This document shows positions 15,191 through 20,000 of a DNA stretch of 20,000 bases, one piece after another (positions within the stretch are counted from its first letter, which is position 1; each line of letters opens with the position of its first letter). The stretch is from an uncultured virus (IMG/VR IMGVR_UViG_3300010051_000510). Taxonomy: Duplodnaviria; Heunggongvirae; Uroviricota; Caudoviricetes. The notes below the pieces were generated by a model that was not told the origin of the DNA, did not search any database, and saw only the letters and a program-made list of their open reading frames with translations. The DNA is taken from the IMG/VR virus record IMGVR_UViG_3300010051_000510. One strand, written 5' to 3'. A program made the position numbers and the translations under genes.

Positions 15191-15376
15191 GTGAAGCCTG
15201 CAACTGACCCGAGGCCCGCCTGCTGCTCGACCGCGAAGAGCAACGCCTGGTGGGACGGCTACGCCGCCGCGATCGAGGACATCGAACGCGCACTGCACAA
15301 CGGCAAGGATATCGGCGACTGGGTCGGGGAGGTTCGCGCCACCTTCGCGATCTCCGACACCTCCCGATCCGACTGA
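15191..15376 (+). CDS. Small hypothetical protein (61 aa)
   Basis: Leaderless GTG; AWWDGYAAAIEDI helix typical of small phage orphans; frame stays open after the TGA until 15520. Confidence 0.75.
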   Translation: MKPATDPRPACCSTAKSNAWWDGYAAAIEDIERALHNGKDIGDWVGEVRATFAISDTSRSD

Positions 15377-15547
15377 CGCAGAGCGCAGGGAACCCCGGCT
15401 GCTGCGACCCCCTGCGGTCACCGCGTCAAGCTGGACGTGCACATGGTCGTCACTGAGGAGATGGCCACGGCCTACTACATCCGGCTCACCGAAGCGCTGC
15501 TGGAAGCCACCAAAGACTGACCCGGTCGTGTCGCCGCGACGGCGGCC

Positions 15548-15560
15548 GCGGATAACGTGC
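15548..15560 (+). promoter_or_regulatory. Leaderless promoter, class A (GCGGATAACGTGC)
   Basis: Exact 13-mer repeat; 6 nt from TAACGT to ATG 15565. Confidence 0.85.
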
Positions 15561-15564
15561 TGTT

Positions 15565-16128
15565 ATGCGCTACACGTTGGATACCGAGTTCGACGAGCGG
15601 GCCGGCGACGGGGTCGCCCAAATCCAGCTGATCAGCGTCGCGGTGATCGCGCAGGACGGCCGTGAGCTGTACATGGAGAACGCCGGCTACGACTGGGATC
15701 AGGACGGCATCGACCCGTGGCTGATCGCCAACGTCAGGCCGCACATGCGCGGCGGCGAGTACGCCCTCACCGCCGAGCAGATGCGAGAGCGGGCGACCGC
15801 GTTCTTCGCCGGCGACAACCAGATCGAGATGTGGGCCTACTACGCCGACTACGACTGGGTCGCTCTCTGCTCCATCTTCGGGCGGATGGTCGACATCAAG
15901 ACCTTCTGCCCGGGCATGCCGAAGTTGTGCCTGGATCTCAAGCAGGCGGTCCTGGACGCCGGCATCCCCAAGTCCGACCTGCCCGAGCAGGACGGCGACG
16001 AGCATGACGCGCTCGCCGACTGCCGCTGGAACTGGCAGCTGCTGCGCCTGCTCGACGACCGCGCACGCGCCGCCGGGGCAGCCAGGGCGCACGCTCCCTC
16101 CCCGGCCGTTGAGGAGACGGCGGCGTGA
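15565..16128 (+). CDS. 3'-5' exoribonuclease, Rv2179c/RNase AS-like (DEDDh) (187 aa)
   Basis: MRYTLDTEF, LISVAVIAQDGRELY, MWAYYADYDWVALCSIFGRM, HDALADCR match remembered Rv2179c motifs (MRYFYDTEF, LISIGVVAEDGREYY, AYDHVALCQLWG, HDALVDAR). Confidence 0.9.
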   Translation: MRYTLDTEFDERAGDGVAQIQLISVAVIAQDGRELYMENAGYDWDQDGIDPWLIANVRPHMRGGEYALTAEQMRERATAFFAGDNQIEMWAYYADYDWVALCSIFGRMVDIKTFCPGMPKLCLDLKQAVLDAGIPKSDLPEQDGDEHDALADCRWNWQLLRLLDDRARAAGAARAHAPSPAVEETAA

Positions 16129-16481
16129 GCGTCGGCTACCTGTGGGGTGACCCGCGGCTGATGGCGGAGATCAACAAGCGCGTCAGCAGCCAGATGTGGG
16201 CGGTCGCCGAGGAACGCGTCGGCTACCGGGTCACCGAAGGCGTCACGACCCGCACGATCCCGGAGAAGTGGCCGCTGGTGCAGGCCTACCAGCACTACAC
16301 CGCCAACTTCACCAAGAAGACGGTGAAGGCTCGCGCGGCGGGCCGGCCCGTCCCGGCGCCGAGCGTCCATGAAGCCAAGGGCGGTGTCAGCCCGATCGAA
16401 GTCGAAGAGATCAAGCAGATCGTCGACGCCTGCTTCGCCGAGCATGTCGCCAAGCTCCGCGAGCAGCTCGCCAACGTGTGA
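16125..16481 (+). CDS. Hypothetical protein (118 aa)
   Basis: GAGGAG upstream, GTGA overlap with exonuclease gene. Confidence 0.8.
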   Translation: MSVGYLWGDPRLMAEINKRVSSQMWAVAEERVGYRVTEGVTTRTIPEKWPLVQAYQHYTANFTKKTVKARAAGRPVPAPSVHEAKGGVSPIEVEEIKQIVDACFAEHVAKLREQLANV

Positions 16482-16488
16482 AGCGGCC

Positions 16489-16926
16489 ATGCACGACCTG
16501 AACACCCTGCATCGCGCCCGCAACGGCGGCTGGCGGGTCGGCGCGACCACCATCCTGCTGATCCGCCGCCACACCGGCCAATGGCTGATCCACGTCCCGG
16601 CCGGGAACACGCCCGCCTACCAGAGCGTGTGGGACTGGTCGCTGCGCAACAACCTGCACGACATGCGCTTCCCCACCCGCAGAGCCGCGCATCGCGCCGT
16701 TGTGGCGTGCTGGGCGGCGGACCCGCCCGCCGGCGCCACCGCGCACGAACGCGTGAAACTGCGCAAGATCAACGCGGGCCTGCTGATCAACGGCCGCGGA
16801 TGGCGTATCCAACGGGTCGTGCCCGGCCGCTGGGAGCTGAGCATGCCCTACGGTCAGGCTCGGCCGTATCCGACGTTGACCGCCGCGCGTTTTGAGCTGG
16901 ACAGGCTGGTCTCGCTGCATGGATGA
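16489..16926 (+). CDS. Paralog 8 of two-module family (145 aa); first of triplet C
   Basis: Start at ATG 16489; LHRARNGGWRVG, GQWLI, DWSLRNNL, FPTRRAAHRAVVACWAADPP, VKLRKINAG, RWEL, PTLTAAR. Confidence 0.87.
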   Translation: MHDLNTLHRARNGGWRVGATTILLIRRHTGQWLIHVPAGNTPAYQSVWDWSLRNNLHDMRFPTRRAAHRAVVACWAADPPAGATAHERVKLRKINAGLLINGRGWRIQRVVPGRWELSMPYGQARPYPTLTAARFELDRLVSLHG

Positions 16927-17389
16927 TCTGACGAAGCTGCATCGCGCCCCCGACGGCTGGCGGATCGGGGAGACGAACCTGATCCTGGCCCGGCCTACCC
17001 CGGACCCTCGATGGGGGATCCGCGCGGACTGGGGACTGACCCCTCCTCACCGCGCCATCTACGAGTGGGCTCAACGCCACAACCTCGAAGAGATGCGCTT
17101 TGACGCTCGCCGGCAGGCGCATCGGGCGGTCGTGGCGCTCTGGCTGGCGGACCCGCCCACCGATCAGACCCATCGTCGCGTCAAGCTGCGGCGAGTCAGC
17201 GCGGATAAGCTGATCAGTCGTCCCGGCGGGTACCGGATCGAGCGGATCAGACGAGACGACTGCCGGCCGGACTCCTGGAACGTCACCTGGCCCGACCGAC
17301 GCGTTCGATCCTTTGCGACCCTGGTCGCCGCCCGCTTGGACGTTGACCGGCACGCAGCGATGAACGGCTACTGGGGCTATCAGGATTGA
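16919..17389 (+). CDS. Paralog 9 of two-module family (156 aa)
   Basis: ATG 16919, 8-nt overlap; LHRAPDGWRIG, RWGI, EWAQRHNL, FDARRQAHRAVVALWLADPP, VKLRRVSA, SWNV, ATLVAAR; DNA-level similarity to paralog 8. Confidence 0.87.
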   Translation: MDDLTKLHRAPDGWRIGETNLILARPTPDPRWGIRADWGLTPPHRAIYEWAQRHNLEEMRFDARRQAHRAVVALWLADPPTDQTHRRVKLRRVSADKLISRPGGYRIERIRRDDCRPDSWNVTWPDRRVRSFATLVAARLDVDRHAAMNGYWGYQD

Positions 17390-17429
17390 GCCGGCTAAGC
17401 CTGACCAGGTCCTTCGGCGACAGTCAGAT

Positions 17430-17804
17430 GTGAAAGGGACGAGGATCCACCTGGCCCGACGTGCCGGCGCCCACCGCTGGGAGGCGACGCACCCCGACGC
17501 ACGCCCGTGGCTGCTCGCTCAGGGACTGCTCAACGCGCAGCTCCCGACGATCCGCGCCGCCCGCCGGGCGTACGAGGCGGCCGCGGCGATCAGCTACCCG
17601 CCGCTGATCCCCGGCACCCGAGTGATCCTGCATCGAGACGGGCCCGGACGCTACATCACCGTGGACTGCTGGACCGTGCAACTGGCCTGCCGGCGACCTT
17701 GGACCTGGCAGCTGACCAGCCCGACGCTGCGTACGTTCCAGGTGGCGTCGCTGCGAGCGGCTCGTCTGCTGATCAGCTCCCAGCGGGCCGGGGCGGTCGT
17801 TTAG
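17430..17804 (+). CDS. Paralog 10 of two-module family (124 aa, N-terminally short or split)
   Basis: RWEA, WLLAQGL, LPTIRAARRAYEAAAAISYPP, LHRDGPGRY, TWQL, SLRAARLLI; the missing N-terminus appears in another frame at 17386-17433. Confidence 0.8.
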   Translation: MKGTRIHLARRAGAHRWEATHPDARPWLLAQGLLNAQLPTIRAARRAYEAAAAISYPPLIPGTRVILHRDGPGRYITVDCWTVQLACRRPWTWQLTSPTLRTFQVASLRAARLLISSQRAGAVV

Positions 17805-18184
17805 AAGCTCGGGTCGGCGCGGCTGAGCTGATCGACGTCGACCTCGTAGTGGTTGGTGTCGGTGACGTACTGCGCATGGCTGACCCGGACACCTTCACCG
17901 TCAAGAGCCGCCAGTCCCGACAGAATGTCTTCGCAGTCGGCGACCGCCACATAGTGAACGTGATCGGGGTTGTACCCCGGGGCCGGCGCGGGGCCCGGCT
18001 CGACCAGGAACTGCGCTTCGGCGAGCTGTTCCAGCAGCGCGGCCGCCGCGGCGATGCGATCGGCGTGCGCGGCGACCAGCACATGCACCGGCTCAGAGGT
18101 ATGCGCCGGCGCCGCCGGCCGCAACGGGAAAGTCACGTCGATGATCAGCCGTCCAGGCTGCATGAGCGCAGGGTTGATAGCCAT
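17801..18184 (-). CDS. Hypothetical acidic protein (127 aa)
   Basis: Convergent, with stop overlapping paralog 10's stop (TTAG); TAGTGT box (18194-18199, minus) 9 nt upstream. Confidence 0.72.
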   Translation of the reverse strand: MAINPALMQPGRLIIDVTFPLRPAAPAHTSEPVHVLVAAHADRIAAAAALLEQLAEAQFLVEPGPAPAPGYNPDHVHYVAVADCEDILSGLAALDGEGVRVSHAQYVTDTNHYEVDVDQLSRADPSF

Positions 18185-18247
18185 ATCCGGCGCACACTAG
18201 ACCCCGGTCAGCTGGGCGGCCGGGGCGGCGTCCGGCAGACGACAACC

Positions 18248-18260
18248 GCGGATAAGCTGC
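18248..18260 (+). promoter_or_regulatory. Leaderless promoter, class A (GCGGATAAGCTGC)
   Basis: TAAGCT 18253-18258, 6 nt, ATG 18265. Confidence 0.82.
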
Positions 18261-18264
18261 GATC

Positions 18265-18450
18265 ATGAGCGTTTACTGGGATATGGCTCGCGATGGCGGC
18301 TACAGCGGTGAGGAGGCTCAGCATGTCGCCTGGCTGCTGGAGCAGCGCCACCGCGAAGAGATCGAGGAGCAGATGCGCGAGCAGGCCGCGGCCGAAGGTC
18401 TCGACACGGCCCCTCCCGGCGGCGACGCAGACGACGACCTGCCCTTCTGA
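18265..18450 (+). CDS. Small acidic protein (61 aa) with SSB-C-terminus-like tail
   Basis: Ends PPGGDADDDLPF; leaderless start. Confidence 0.8.
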   Translation: MSVYWDMARDGGYSGEEAQHVAWLLEQRHREEIEEQMREQAAAEGLDTAPPGGDADDDLPF

Positions 18451-18465
18451 CCGCTCCCGGCTGGC

Positions 18466-18675
18466 GTGGTGGACCGCATGATCGCAACCTCTTCGCAGGA
18501 CACCCGCTCCTGGTGGTGCAACGACTACCGCGACGGCAGCGTGTGGCCGTGCGCGCTGCTGCGCAACAGCGTGATGGGTCTGTGGGTGCGCCCGCTGGCT
18601 CCCGCCCCCGACGCCGGCCAGGAACGGCTCGTCCCGCGCGCCTCGGTCTACGACCGCCAGCTGCGGCGCCCCTGA
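18466..18675 (+). CDS. Small hypothetical protein (65-69 aa)
   Basis: GTG 18466 or ATG 18478; Trp-rich beta-type sequence. Confidence 0.6.
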   Translation: MVDRMIATSSQDTRSWWCNDYRDGSVWPCALLRNSVMGLWVRPLAPAPDAGQERLVPRASVYDRQLRRP

Positions 18676-18691
18676 ACCGCGACAGCTTGAA

Positions 18692-19471
18692 TCAGCGGCG
18701 GCCGGCGAGCAAGGAGGAGACCCGGACCCGGTCGACGTCCGGCGGTGTGCCGTGATCGCTGTTGGCCATCACCCACCACAGCATCTGCCGGCGCATCTGC
18801 CGCACATCCTCTGACAGCTGCGCGCCGTCAAGACTGACCGGGTCCTGCCCGGGCGGCTGCAGAACCGCGTCGGCCCCGGCCGGCAGCGGCCGGGTGCTGT
18901 CTGCGACATGGGCGGCCCCAGCCAGCTGCGCCATCGCCCGCAAGTGAATCAGCTTCGCCGACAACGTCAGCAGCGGCAGCCGGCGGGCTTCGCTGACGGA
19001 CAACGTCTGCCACAACGCGGTTTGCTCGGGATCCTCATGGCGCAGCCATCGCGGGATGACCCGCTGGCCAGCGTCCATCACCCGGTAGTCCAGCAGCAGC
19101 TCTTTGACGATCCGCGGTGCGGCGAGCGCCAGCGGCTCCTGCTCGTCGCCGGCCGCCGACAACGTCAGGCCGATCCAGCAGCCGCGCGGTTGTGCGACCG
19201 AGATGGTGGCGCGCACCACGACCTCGCCGGTTTGCCCGGCGTGCCGGTTGTACGGGTGCGTCCAGCGGATCTCCGTCAGCTGAGGGCCCGGGCAGAGCAC
19301 CTGCACCGGATCCCGGTCCAGGTTACGCAGCCGGTAATGGCCGCTGCGTTCGGTCAGCGCTCCGACGTCGCTCTCGGCGAGGTTCATCCACCGGCCGATG
19401 TCGCGGGCGGGGGAGACGGTCGGGGTGTCCGCGCACCGCAGCCAGTAGGTCAGTTCGGTCGGTGCGATCAT
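18692..19471 (-). CDS. Hypothetical protein (259 aa)
   Basis: Protein-like composition; TAGCGT box (19481-19486, minus) 9 nt upstream of ATG. Confidence 0.8.
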   Translation of the reverse strand: MIAPTELTYWLRCADTPTVSPARDIGRWMNLAESDVGALTERSGHYRLRNLDRDPVQVLCPGPQLTEIRWTHPYNRHAGQTGEVVVRATISVAQPRGCWIGLTLSAAGDEQEPLALAAPRIVKELLLDYRVMDAGQRVIPRWLRHEDPEQTALWQTLSVSEARRLPLLTLSAKLIHLRAMAQLAGAAHVADSTRPLPAGADAVLQPPGQDPVSLDGAQLSEDVRQMRRQMLWWVMANSDHGTPPDVDRVRVSSLLAGRR

Positions 19472-19551
19472 CGAAGGCGAACGCTACCAACGACGGTGGC
19501 CCCGCGGCTGCGCGCCTCTCAAGCCTGCGCTTGGCCGCGTAAGCTCGCGCA

Positions 19552-19564
19552 GCGGATAACGTGC
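19552..19564 (+). promoter_or_regulatory. Leaderless promoter, class A (GCGGATAACGTGC)
   Basis: Exact 13-mer repeat; 6 nt from TAACGT to ATG 19569. Confidence 0.85.
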
Positions 19565-19568
19565 GTCC

Positions 19569-20000
19569 ATGAGCAGGGCAAACATCACGCAGGACGCGCA
19601 GATCAGCTCGCTGGAGGGCGTCGAGTTCGATCGTGGCCTGTACATCCACGCCGACGCCCGGCGGGTTATCGAGGAGGTCACCGACAACGGCCGCTGGAAC
19701 GCCTACCGGTTCGACAGCCCCAACGAAGAGACCTACCAGCTCTGCCATCACGGCCTGACGCGCGAGGAGGCGGTCAGCTGGCTGGTCACCGGTGACCGGG
19801 ACGCCGCCCCGCACGCCGCCACCACCGGGTACCTGCCCTCCAGGTGCCACACCAAGACCCGCACCGAGGCCATCCGCGAGGATGTCCGCGACGCGGTCCG
19901 CGGGCACTTCTGGGCGCGCGTCGACGACCTGCAGCCCGACGGCACCTTCACGTTCGAGGTTGACGGCCGCGCCTACCGGGTCGCCGTCCAGCCGGCGTAA
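19569..20000 (+). CDS. Hypothetical protein (143 aa)
   Basis: Leaderless start, GC3 bias, TAA at window end. Confidence 0.82.
   Translation: MSRANITQDAQISSLEGVEFDRGLYIHADARRVIEEVTDNGRWNAYRFDSPNEETYQLCHHGLTREEAVSWLVTGDRDAAPHAATTGYLPSRCHTKTRTEAIREDVRDAVRGHFWARVDDLQPDGTFTFEVDGRAYRVAVQPA

Noticed and set aside
17201..17212. Class A-like GCGGATAAGCTG inside paralog 9
   Set aside because: No start codon 5-7 nt downstream and it encodes ADKL in frame; probably chance, although an internal TSS cannot be excluded.
19..17804. Paralog family as diversity-generating retroelement targets
   Set aside because: No reverse transcriptase and no near-identical TR/VR pair with adenine-specific differences seen; divergence is spread over whole genes.
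19551..19560. AGCGGATAAC matches part of the lac operator
   Set aside because: The flanking AATTGTG/AATT palindrome is missing; the match is explained by the class A promoter motif, not vector contamination.
577..19564. Repeated 13-mer as CRISPR repeat, integron attC or iteron
   Set aside because: Too short, irregularly spaced, non-palindromic, always at a fixed distance from a start codon; no cas, integrase or rep gene in the window.
19569..19800. N-terminal half of the 19569 protein (GLY..W..GLTREEAVSWL) as an 11th family member
   Set aside because: Only a loose single-module resemblance; it is acidic, lacks WL..H.L and the Pro linker, and has its own promoter. An HMM test is needed.

Overview
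Very GC-rich (roughly 70% by eye) and densely coding window with about 45 mostly short, mostly + strand genes and no housekeeping, rRNA/tRNA, CRISPR, transposase or virion genes. It looks like the accessory (early or host-interaction) region of a large actinobacterial-type phage, prophage or megaplasmid; this is inferred from the Ead/Ea22-like gene, the RNase AS-like gene, leaderless starts and many tiny orphans. Two organising features stand out. (1) Ten divergent paralogs of one unrecognised ~140-175 aa Trp/Arg-rich family, each built of two tandem copies of a small module, are arranged as three closely coupled triplets (1357-2670, 6687-8078, 16489-17804) plus one copy at the left edge (19-549). 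(2) About 25 leaderless promoters (TANNNT -10 box usually 5-7 nt before the ATG/GTG) fall largely into two conserved classes (GCGGATAACGTGC-like and TASGTTC-N4-start) and split the window into many mini transcription units. Recognisable products are an Rv2179c/RNase AS-like DEDDh exoribonuclease, a Pol-beta-superfamily nucleotidyltransferase, a DUF2268-like HExxH metalloprotease, a ribbon-helix-helix protein, two Zn-binding proteins, a protein with three tandem RelE/DUF4258-like repeats, and a 61-aa protein ending in an SSB-tail-like DDDLPF. All homology calls are from motif recognition by eye; no searches were run.
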